DNA of 64,000 nt, taken from the IMG/VR virus record IMGVR_UViG_3300027782_000037, positions 93,277 through 157,276 of that record, one strand, 5' to 3'. The translations under genes and the position numbers were made by a program. Of this stretch, positions 1-8,378 are shown in pieces (within the stretch, counting starts at the first letter, position 1; each line of letters begins with the position of its first letter). This DNA comes from a virus. Below the pieces are notes generated by a model. It was not told the origin of the DNA and did not search any database. It was given only the letters and a program-made list of their open reading frames with translations.

Positions 1-514
1 GTGCTGAGGTATTTAAATTTACTATTTGTAGTACTTCTTCTAGCAAAAGACCCTGTTGTATACACATATCTAGTGCGGGTTTATGCTTTATAATACGTCT
101 TGCGGTTTCTTCACTTAGTCTTCCTGATGAGAGAATCTGTGACTGTGCCTGTCGCACCAAGCGAAGTTTTAATTCATCAAAAAAATTGATTTCGTACATT
201 TCATCATCTGTTTTACCTGGAATACGAGTTTTTTCAGCCTCGTCCGAAAGTGCTGCTTCAAAATCAGTTAAAAAATCAATTTCGTTAACACAATCTTGAA
301 TGTTTTTTTGATTGTGTGGTTTATTTAATAGATATTGTTTGTACTCGTAAGAATCTTTGTCTAGTGTTGTTTCACTATGTTCTTCACTTAATTCTGCAAG
401 GGCTAATGCTAGTTTTTTTTGTTCTAGTTGATTACGAACAACTCGTAGCTTTTCCCATACAGTTTCACCCTCTAAATCGTAAATATATTGTGCGTTATGA
501 TTTTGTCTTGACAT
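1..514 (-). CDS. Hypothetical helical, charged protein downstream of the propeller adhesin; 3' end runs off the window
   Basis: Not in the ORF track. Hand translation from ATG at 514 gives MSRQNHNAQYIYDLEGETVWEKLRVVRNQLEQKKLALALAEL..., open to the window edge. Upstream GGAG and CTAAATA motif (541-547). Confidence 0.8.
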   Translation of the reverse strand, partial: MSRQNHNAQYIYDLEGETVWEKLRVVRNQLEQKKLALALAELSEEHSETTLDKDSYEYKQYLLNKPHNQKNIQDCVNEIDFLTDFEAALSDEAEKTRIPGKTDDEMYEINFFDELKLRLVRQAQSQILSSGRLSEETARRIIKHKPALDMCIQQGLLLEEVLQIVNLNTSA

Positions 515-575
515 TTAGTTTATGCTCCGGTATTGTCAAATATTTAGTGTATGCTTTGTCAAGTGTATATTTAAT

Positions 576-1595
576 TTATAGTCCAGCTCCAGCCAGAGCA
601 TATCTCGCTGTTCCCGCATTTGTTTGGCAACCAACTAGTGCTCCGCACGCATTGATACGAGTTACTAAATCAGAAAGACTGCGACCTATTCCACCATAAA
701 ACAATCCATTTGCGCCAACCGCAGCTCCAGCCAGCCCAAATCTTACTGTTCCCACATTTGTTTCAGAACCAACCAGTGCACCACATGCATTGATTCTTGT
801 TACTAGGTTGCTTTGACTGCAGCCAGAGCCAGCATAAAACAATCCATTTGCACCAACCGCAGCTCCAGCCAAATATCGTCTTGCTGTTCCCACATTAGTT
901 TGCGAACCTACTAGTGCGCCACAGGCATTAATTCTGGTTACGAGATTGCTGGAGCTACCGCAAATCTGTCCACCATAAAACAATCCGTTTGCACCAACAG
1001 TGGCACCAGCAAGACCGATCCTTCCTGTTCCCACATTTGTTTGGGAACCAACCAGTGCACCACATGCATTGATTCTTGTTACTAGGTTGCTGGCTGTGCC
1101 GGTACAGCCAGCATAAAACAATCCATTTGCACCAACAGTGGCACCAGCTAGATAATATCTTGCTGTTCCAACATTAGTTTGCGAACCTACTAGTGCGCCA
1201 CATGCATTGATTCTGGTTGCTAGGTTAGTGTAGCAACCACCAAATCCACCATAAAATAATCCATTTGATCCTACTTTTGTCCCAGCAGGATATGTTCTTG
1301 CTGTTCCCACATTCGTTTGAGAACCAACCAGTGCGCCACAAGCATTAATTCTGGTTACTAGGTTGCTGTCAGCAAAGTTAGAGCCAGCATAAAACAATCC
1401 CACAGTGGTACCGCTTGACTTACCATAAAAGTTAGTAGGCATAGTGATTGCGCCGGTTTCTACACCTGCCAGTGTTCTTACTGTAGCACAGTTCAAACTA
1501 ATCTGAGTTGTGCCAGTTCCGCCAAGTTCAAGTTGAACTGACTGTCCTGCGGTAGTTCCGCCTAATGATATTGGACCTGATGCATTTAATGCCAT
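576..1595 (-). CDS. Putative fibre-tip adhesin: N-terminal attachment domain plus six Kelch-like beta-propeller repeats
   Basis: N-terminus MALNASGPISLG...ISLN...VRTLAG...MPTNFYGKS resembles gp38-type adhesin attachment domains. Six 46-47 aa repeats GLFY(A/G)G..NLVTRINACGALVGSQTNVGTAR..LAG. Confidence 0.65.
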   Translation of the reverse strand: MALNASGPISLGGTTAGQSVQLELGGTGTTQISLNCATVRTLAGVETGAITMPTNFYGKSSGTTVGLFYAGSNFADSNLVTRINACGALVGSQTNVGTARTYPAGTKVGSNGLFYGGFGGCYTNLATRINACGALVGSQTNVGTARYYLAGATVGANGLFYAGCTGTASNLVTRINACGALVGSQTNVGTGRIGLAGATVGANGLFYGGQICGSSSNLVTRINACGALVGSQTNVGTARRYLAGAAVGANGLFYAGSGCSQSNLVTRINACGALVGSETNVGTVRFGLAGAAVGANGLFYGGIGRSLSDLVTRINACGALVGCQTNAGTARYALAGAGL

Positions 1596-1604
1596 ATCTT
1601 ATAC

Positions 1605-2120
1605 CTATGGTGTACCGAACGCAGTAACGTTATTTGCAGCAATGAGATTTCCGGTGCTGTTCAAACTAAGAATATTTGCTCCACCATAACTGAATACTAA
1701 TTTTGTGCCAACAGCAGTGATTGTAAAACCACCAACGACAACAATGTTACCAGCTGTCATATTGTTACCGGTAATATTTCCGGTAGAAGAAATTGCGCCA
1801 GCTGTTAAAATATTGCCAGTACTTGACATTAATCCAGCTGTTAAAATATTTCCGTGTATCGCATTACCAGTACTTGACATTAATCCAGCTGTTAAAATAT
1901 TTCCGTGTATCGCATTACCAGTACTTGACATTAAACCGGCAGTTAAAATATTACCGCCAGTTATGTTGCCACTGGCACTATTCACACCGGTAACCAATAA
2001 TCCGGTGCTAGTAACAGTAGCGATAGATACCGCATTACTTTGCAATACCAAATTACCAGTGAGATCACCAGTTTGGACTAAACTTGTTGTGGTTGAGGTT
2101 CCGGCTGATATATTACTCAT
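1605..2120 (-). CDS. Short fibre segment (GN-repeat) with fibre-end motif GNLIAANNVTAF
   Basis: GNILTAGLMSST repeats; C-terminus resembles the GNVTAY-type ends of phage fibres. Confidence 0.65.
   Translation of the reverse strand: MSNISAGTSTTTSLVQTGDLTGNLVLQSNAVSIATVTSTGLLVTGVNSASGNITGGNILTAGLMSSTGNAIHGNILTAGLMSSTGNAIHGNILTAGLMSSTGNILTAGAISSTGNITGNNMTAGNIVVVGGFTITAVGTKLVFSYGGANILSLNSTGNLIAANNVTAFGTP
1816..1934. repeat. Perfect 51-bp tandem repeat (~2.3 copies) encoding a 17-aa fibre unit
   Basis: ccagtacttgacattaatccagctgttaaaatatttccgtgtatcgcatta at 1816-1866 and 1867-1917, partial copy 1918-1934. Confidence 0.9.
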
Positions 2121-2129
2121 ATTTTCTCT

Positions 2130-5100
2130 TTAGATAATTACCCAACGTTGCCCAGCGGTAACTGTGACAACTACACCACTATTAGTAGTAATTGGTCCCA
2201 CACTAAATCCATTTGTACCTGCTGCTATAGTATAATTAGCTGTTACATTGCTACCGTTAACTAAAATTCCGTTTGTGGCTGCTACAACAGGAGCACTTAT
2301 TCCAGATGAAGTAAATGTCGCTACGTTAGCTGTACCCGCAACACCAACAGTTACATTACCGCCGCTTGTGGTAATGCTTACATTACTTGTACCATTACTT
2401 ATGTTTGAGCTACTACCAGTACTGATACCAGTCAGTTGACTGCCGTTACCCAGTATGAAGCTACCTGTAATATTGCCAGTTGCCGATACAATACCGGCTG
2501 TTAAAATATTTCCGTGTATAGCATTGCCAGTACTTGACATTAATCCGGCTGTTAGGATATTTCCACCAGTTACGTTACCAGTTACAGATAAATTACTAAC
2601 AATGCTTATATTACTTGTGGCGTTACTTGTTCCTGCTGCTATGGATAACGGATAAAAACTATTAGCACCAATATATAATACGCTGTTGTCAACTTGGTTG
2701 ATAAAACCACCAGTACCATTTGATGTTATTCTTAGTCTACCAGCTATCAAAGTACTGCTATCAGCAGTAGCGATGTTTCCAGTAACACTGACACTTGTAC
2801 CTGTTATAACACCACCAACCACTGATGATGCTGTGGTAGTTCCTGAGACACTTGTTGAAGTACCGGTTATAACGCCACCCACTACTGATGCTGCTGTTAC
2901 CGCACCAGTGGCACTGATCAAACCGGCTGTGTGTAGGTTGCCACCTTGTATATTACCAGAAACGTTGGCTGTTCCAGATACATCAAGTTTAGCCCCTGGT
3001 GTGGAGGTACCAATACCCACATTACCGCTATTGATATATGATGATGACGATGAGTTAGCATCAATTACTACACGCAGGACGTTGGATCCGTCTCTGGCAG
3101 CAAATTGAAAATTATTTGCTACGTCAACATAGATACCAGAGTCGTTTGTCAAACCAGTTGTTCTAGCTTGAACCGCATACGCAGCAGATGCCGCTGTTTT
3201 TGTTATTAGAAGATTACCACCCGTAACAAGATTACCGCCAGTAACAGCACCAGTGACACTGATTAATCCACCAGTTAATATGTTACCGCCAGTAATATTA
3301 GCAGCACTTGTAATAGTTGAAGTTGCTGAAATTAATCCAGCTGTTAACACGTTACCGCCGGTTACGTTACCAGTGGCGGTCACTAAACCAGCAGTTGTAA
3401 TGTTGCCGCCAATTATGTTAGCTGCCGATGTAATTGTTGAAGTTGCTGAAATTAGTCCAGCTGTTAATAAGTTACCACCAGTTACGTTACCACTTGCCGA
3501 AACTACAGAACCTAATAAACTTGATCCTGTAACAGTACCTGTTGCGCTAACTAAGCCAACAGTTGTAATATTTCCACCAACTACGTTAGCTGCTGAAGTA
3601 ATAGTTGATGTAGCCGAAATTAATCCAGCTGTCAGTAAGTTACCACCGACTACGTTAGCTGCCGAAGTAATGGTACTTGTAGCCGAAATTAAACCAGCTG
3701 TCAGTATATTACCACCAGTTACGTTACCAGTAGCAGTCACTAGACCAGCTGTTGTAATATTTCCACCAATTACATTGGCCGCCGAAGTAATTGTGCTAGT
3801 AGCACTAATTAAACCAGCTGTTAAGATATTTCCACCAGTTACATTTCCAGTAGCAGTCACCAGTCCTGTGGTTGTAATATTTGCACCAACTACATTGGCT
3901 GCTGATGTAATTGTACTCGTAGCTGAAATCAATCCAGCTGTTAGTAAGTTGGCACCGGCTATATTACCAGTTACACTTAACACATTACCAACAGTATTAA
4001 ATGTTAATCCTGCGGTAGCTGCTAAGTTACCATTGGTATTAAATTGTATCTGTGTATTTGCGCCTGCCGCTGTAATGTTACCGCTAATACTACCAGCAAA
4101 AGCTCCGACAAAGAATCCCGCTGTGGTAATGTTACCAGTAGCACTTATCTGTCCAGCTGTTAGAATATTGCCATGTATCGCGTTACCAGTACTTGACATT
4201 AACCCCGCTGTTAGAATATTGCCACCAGTAATATTAGCTGCACTTGTAATAGTACTTGTAGCTGAAATTAAACCAGCTGTTAATAAATTACCACCTGTAA
4301 TATTCGCAGCACTTGTAATAGTGCTTGTTGCTGAGATTAAACCAGCTGTCAGTATATTACCACCAGTTACGTTACCGGTAGCAGTCACTAGTCCAGCAGT
4401 TGAAAGGTTACCACCGACTACGTTTGCTGCTGATGTAATTGTACTTGTTGCTGAAATCAATCCAGCTGTCAGTATATTGCCACCAGTTACGTTACCAGTA
4501 GCCGTCACTAATCCAGCAGTGGTAATATTACCACCGACTACGTTACCTGTAGCAGTTACCAAACCTGCGGTTGTAATATTACCACCGATAATATTAGCTG
4601 CCGAAGTAATGGTGCTTGTAGCCGAAATTAATCCAGCTGTTAACAAATTGCCACCTGTTACGTTACCAGTAGCAGTCACCAGTCCTGCGGTTGTAACATT
4701 GCCACCAATTACGTTACCAGATGCACTAACAACAGTACCCAATACACTTGATCCTGATACCGTTCCTGTTGCTGAAATTAACCCAGCTGTTAATAAGTTA
4801 CCGCCTACTACGTTGCCAGATACAGTTAATAAATTGCCAACTGTGTTGAATGTCAATCCAGCAGTAGCAGCTAAGTTGCCGCTATTATTAAATTGTACTT
4901 GAGTGTTGGCACCGGCAGCAGTTACGTTACCACTAATACTACCAGCAAATGTTCCAACAAAGAAACCTGCTGTGGTAATATTGCCAGTAGCACTTACTTG
5001 ACCTGCTGTTAAGATGTTACCATGTATAGCATTGCCTGTGCTACTCATTACGCCAGCAGTTAGGATATTTCCGCCGGCTAAGTTTCCAGTAGATGTAATT

Positions 5101-7079
5101 CCAAGGCCCGCTGTTATATTACCAACTGAACTAATGCCTAAACTAGATACCCAGACATTAGATGCTGTGTTATATAATAGTGTTGCGTATTCCGCGCCCG
5201 CAGGACCAACTCCAATACCGCCATTGTTAGCTGCTGTTGCGTTGGCAGCGTTATTGGCCATATTAATTTGTAAATCATTTGTGGTAATTGTATTTGAATT
5301 AATTGTGGTTGTTGTACCGTTAACAGTTAAGTTACCGGTAATAACAACGTTACCATCAGTACCACCTGATCCATTTGGATCAATAGTTAATGTTGGGCCA
5401 GCACCTACAATTAAGTTACCACTTAGTGTGATACCACCAACTGATATAGTTCCACTTGTTGTGAAATTACCACCAGTCGTGTTGCCTGTTACGCTTAAAC
5501 TTGTTAATGTACCTAAACTAGTGACATTTGGCTGTGCCGCTGTAGCAAGAGTACCTGTAATTAATGTACCTGATAAATTACCGCCGGCAATATTACCAGT
5601 TGTACTGATTAATCCACTTGATGTTAAACTAGTTAATGTACCAACCGAAGTAATATTTGGTTGAGCATTTGTTGTAACAGTTGCAGCAGTTCCAACAGCC
5701 GATCCTGCTGATACAGCAAATGTTGCGTTTGCTACAGTACCAGTTACGTTACCACCGGTTAATGATGTTAATGTAGAACCATTACCAATGTAATAGTTTG
5801 CTGTTATATTTCCAGTTGAACTAATCAATCCTGCTGTTAGAACATTGCCGCCAGTTACATTAGCAGTAGCACTTACCAGACCGGCAGTAGTAATATTACC
5901 ACCAACAACGTTTGCTGCTGATGTAATTGTTGAAGTTGCCGAAATCAATCCAGCTGTTAATAAGTTACCGCCAGTTACGTTTGCAGTTACCGAAACTACA
6001 GCGCCTAATAAACTTGATCCTGTGATAGTTCCGGTTGAACTAATTAATCCTGCTGTTAATAAATTGCCGCCAGTAATATTACCATTTCCAGCTATAGTTC
6101 CAAGTACACTAACACCAATTGGTGAAAATACAGCAACGTTGCCAACTGTGCTAACTGATATAGTTACATTTGCGTTTGCCGCAGCAATGTTTAGATTACT
6201 TCCACCGTTTACAACATTGGATACACTTGTAATAATACCAGTAAGTTGCGATCCATTACCCAGTATAAAGTTACCAGTGACGTTTCCTGTTGCTGAAACT
6301 AAGCCGGCCGTTAAGATGTTGCCGTGTATTGCATTGCCAGTACTGCTCATTATACCGGCTGTTAGGATATTTCCACCAGTTACATTACCAGTAGCAGTTA
6401 CTAATCCAGCGGTAAGAATATTTCCACCGATTACGTTTGCTGCGGATGTAATTGTACTTGTAGCTGAAATCAATCCGGCTGTTAATATATTACCGTGTAT
6501 GGCGTTGCCAGTACTGCTCATCAATCCAGCAGTTAATAAATTGCCACCAGTTACGTTACCTGTAGCAGTTACTAGTCCAGCAGTTGAAATATTGCCGCCA
6601 ATTACGTTTGCAGCGGATGTAATCGTACTTGTAGCTGAAACTAATCCGGCTGTTAATATGTTTCCACCAGTTATATTACCGCTTGCTGAAACTAATCCAG
6701 TTACATACTCTCCGGTTGGCGCAAATACCGCCACATTACCTACTCCACTTACCCCAATAGTTATATTTGCAGCAGAAGCGGAAATAGTTACATTACTATT
6801 ACCATTATTAATATTGCTTGATGATGTACTAACACCTGTTAATAAAGAACCATTACCTAGAATATAATTTCCAGTTACGTTACCAGTAGCTGAAACTAAT
6901 CCTATGGTTAGTAAGTTACCTCCTATGATGTTACCGGCTGCTGAAATGTTACCAGATGCGCCTATATTGACAAATCCAGTCGCCGACCTAGTCCAGGTAT
7001 TATTACCTGAAGAATAAGTGTAAACAATATTGTTTACTGTTGCAGTTTGCCCATCAACGGGCGATACGGGAAAAGCCAT
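2130..7079 (-). CDS. Long virion fibre protein (1649 aa) with 17/23-aa GN(I/V)TGGN(I/L)LTAGLISAT repeats
   Basis: Extensive Gly/Asn/Thr/Ala repeats. N-terminus MAFPVSPVDGQ..YTY..W, internal GNVGIGTSTPGAKLDV motif, C-terminus VTVTAGQRWVII. Confidence 0.75.
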   Translation of the reverse strand: MAFPVSPVDGQTATVNNIVYTYSSGNNTWTRSATGFVNIGASGNISAAGNIIGGNLLTIGLVSATGNVTGNYILGNGSLLTGVSTSSSNINNGNSNVTISASAANITIGVSGVGNVAVFAPTGEYVTGLVSASGNITGGNILTAGLVSATSTITSAANVIGGNISTAGLVTATGNVTGGNLLTAGLMSSTGNAIHGNILTAGLISATSTITSAANVIGGNILTAGLVTATGNVTGGNILTAGIMSSTGNAIHGNILTAGLVSATGNVTGNFILGNGSQLTGIITSVSNVVNGGSNLNIAAANANVTISVSTVGNVAVFSPIGVSVLGTIAGNGNITGGNLLTAGLISSTGTITGSSLLGAVVSVTANVTGGNLLTAGLISATSTITSAANVVGGNITTAGLVSATANVTGGNVLTAGLISSTGNITANYYIGNGSTLTSLTGGNVTGTVANATFAVSAGSAVGTAATVTTNAQPNITSVGTLTSLTSSGLISTTGNIAGGNLSGTLITGTLATAAQPNVTSLGTLTSLSVTGNTTGGNFTTSGTISVGGITLSGNLIVGAGPTLTIDPNGSGGTDGNVVITGNLTVNGTTTTINSNTITTNDLQINMANNAANATAANNGGIGVGPAGAEYATLLYNTASNVWVSSLGISSVGNITAGLGITSTGNLAGGNILTAGVMSSTGNAIHGNILTAGQVSATGNITTAGFFVGTFAGSISGNVTAAGANTQVQFNNSGNLAATAGLTFNTVGNLLTVSGNVVGGNLLTAGLISATGTVSGSSVLGTVVSASGNVIGGNVTTAGLVTATGNVTGGNLLTAGLISATSTITSAANIIGGNITTAGLVTATGNVVGGNITTAGLVTATGNVTGGNILTAGLISATSTITSAANVVGGNLSTAGLVTATGNVTGGNILTAGLISATSTITSAANITGGNLLTAGLISATSTITSAANITGGNILTAGLMSSTGNAIHGNILTAGQISATGNITTAGFFVGAFAGSISGNITAAGANTQIQFNTNGNLAATAGLTFNTVGNVLSVTGNIAGANLLTAGLISATSTITSAANVVGANITTTGLVTATGNVTGGNILTAGLISATSTITSAANVIGGNITTAGLVTATGNVTGGNILTAGLISATSTITSAANVVGGNLLTAGLISATSTITSAANVVGGNITTVGLVSATGTVTGSSLLGSVVSASGNVTGGNLLTAGLISATSTITSAANIIGGNITTAGLVTATGNVTGGNVLTAGLISATSTITSAANITGGNILTGGLISVTGAVTGGNLVTGGNLLITKTAASAAYAVQARTTGLTNDSGIYVDVANNFQFAARDGSNVLRVVIDANSSSSSYINSGNVGIGTSTPGAKLDVSGTANVSGNIQGGNLHTAGLISATGAVTAASVVGGVITGTSTSVSGTTTASSVVGGVITGTSVSVTGNIATADSSTLIAGRLRITSNGTGGFINQVDNSVLYIGANSFYPLSIAAGTSNATSNISIVSNLSVTGNVTGGNILTAGLMSSTGNAIHGNILTAGIVSATGNITGSFILGNGSQLTGISTGSSSNISNGTSNVSITTSGGNVTVGVAGTANVATFTSSGISAPVVAATNGILVNGSNVTANYTIAAGTNGFSVGPITTNSGVVVTVTAGQRWVII

Positions 7080-8116
7080 TAGTACCTTCCAATTGCTACT
7101 TCAATTACACCTGGTAAATTAGAATTATAATCTTCCAGTGATTTACCAATGATACACCCAGGCAAGTATTTATTAGAATCTAAAACAGTGGCTACTCCTT
7201 TTATGGTACTAGAAACCAATCTATCTCCCTTACGAATTGTACCCACTACGCTGCATGGAACACGCCCCGTTAGTGCTACTGGTAATCCAACTGCGCCTGA
7301 ATTCATTAAGTAAGCAGGTTCAGTTGAAATAACACCGGCTACTCTGGTATCATGCGATATAGTTGATGCAGTAATTTCATCTGCACCGCCGAATATAACT
7401 AAAGTACCAGGAGAATAGCTGTTATCAGCAACATAAGTTTCAGCCAAGTCAGCGTATTGTGCTGAAGTTGCCTTAGCAAATACTGTATTAAAGTATGTTG
7501 TCGCATTACCAATGTTACCTACACCGTTAGCTTGTAAGTTAGTAAGACCGGCTGTTGTCCATGCTGCTATCGCAGTACCTCCAACAGTAATAGTAATATT
7601 ACCGTTACTAGCATCAATGTTAGCTGAAGTATTGCCATTTGTAATGGCATTAAATGTGCCGTTTACACCAGCTGATGCCCCAAAATCGTCAATCCAATAG
7701 TAGCTCGTGCCATCAAAAGTAAAACGATATTGAACGTTAGTTGTGGTGTTGTACCAAAAATCGCCCACGCTTGGACTTGATGGAGCTGTGCCACTTGATG
7801 TTGATCTAATGCCTCCACCAAAAATGTTACCAGAAGTACTGATAATCCCACCAGATAGTATATTTCCGCCAGTTATGTTACCAGTAACGCTTACTGTTGT
7901 ACCTGTGTGATTTGTGGCAGAAATATTGCCACCAGTTATGTTACCCGTAGCGGAAATTAATCCAGCGGTTAGTATATTTCCGCCAGTTATGTTACCGGTG
8001 GAAGATACTAATCCAACAGTTACTACATTTCCCCCAATAACGTTTCCTGTTACCGTTAAAAATGTCTGAACTGTTAGATTGCCATATACGTTTGATCCAC
8101 TTTGTAATTTAGCCAT
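7079..8116 (-). CDS. Fibre protein with C-terminal intramolecular chaperone/autocleavage (peptidase G2-like) domain
   Basis: SAQYADLAE...AGVISTEPAYLMN...VALTGRVPC...IGKSL C-terminal domain; internal PSVGDFWYN...DGTSYYWID module. Confidence 0.65.
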   Translation of the reverse strand: MAKLQSGSNVYGNLTVQTFLTVTGNVIGGNVVTVGLVSSTGNITGGNILTAGLISATGNITGGNISATNHTGTTVSVTGNITGGNILSGGIISTSGNIFGGGIRSTSSGTAPSSPSVGDFWYNTTTNVQYRFTFDGTSYYWIDDFGASAGVNGTFNAITNGNTSANIDASNGNITITVGGTAIAAWTTAGLTNLQANGVGNIGNATTYFNTVFAKATSAQYADLAETYVADNSYSPGTLVIFGGADEITASTISHDTRVAGVISTEPAYLMNSGAVGLPVALTGRVPCSVVGTIRKGDRLVSSTIKGVATVLDSNKYLPGCIIGKSLEDYNSNLPGVIEVAIGRY

Positions 8117-8123
8117 AACTTAA

Positions 8124-8366
8124 TTATGATATTCCCGTCACTTCATCAAAAATTCCGTTAGATCCCGATACATTACCAGTCTGCATAGTTCCATCAGTTA
8201 AAATACGTAACGGAACGTTAACGGGTTGTGTAACTTCATCAAATACACTAGCAAAACACGCACTATTAGCAATCCGAGCGTTACTGTAAGTAACTTCATC
8301 AAATTGAATCGTGTTTGCCAGCAATAAATTGCCTGTATTAAATAACCTAGCTGCTAAAAATGCCAT
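8124..8366 (-). CDS. Small fibre adaptor with three FDEVT motifs
   Basis: 80 aa, AARL...FDEVT...FDEVT...FDEVTGIS; SD-like AGGAG upstream; similar to both ends of 11736-12602. Confidence 0.7.
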   Translation of the reverse strand: MAFLAARLFNTGNLLLANTIQFDEVTYSNARIANSACFASVFDEVTQPVNVPLRILTDGTMQTGNVSGSNGIFDEVTGIS

Positions 8367-8378
8367 TAGATTTCTCCT

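Noticed and set aside
316-699. 127-aa plus-strand ORF
   Set aside because: Overlaps two better supported minus-strand genes (1-514 and 576-1595).
576-1400. Diversity-generating retroelement or CRISPR-like array
   Set aside because: Repeats are in-frame protein blades, differences are not adenine-specific, and no RT, template repeat or cas gene is in the window.
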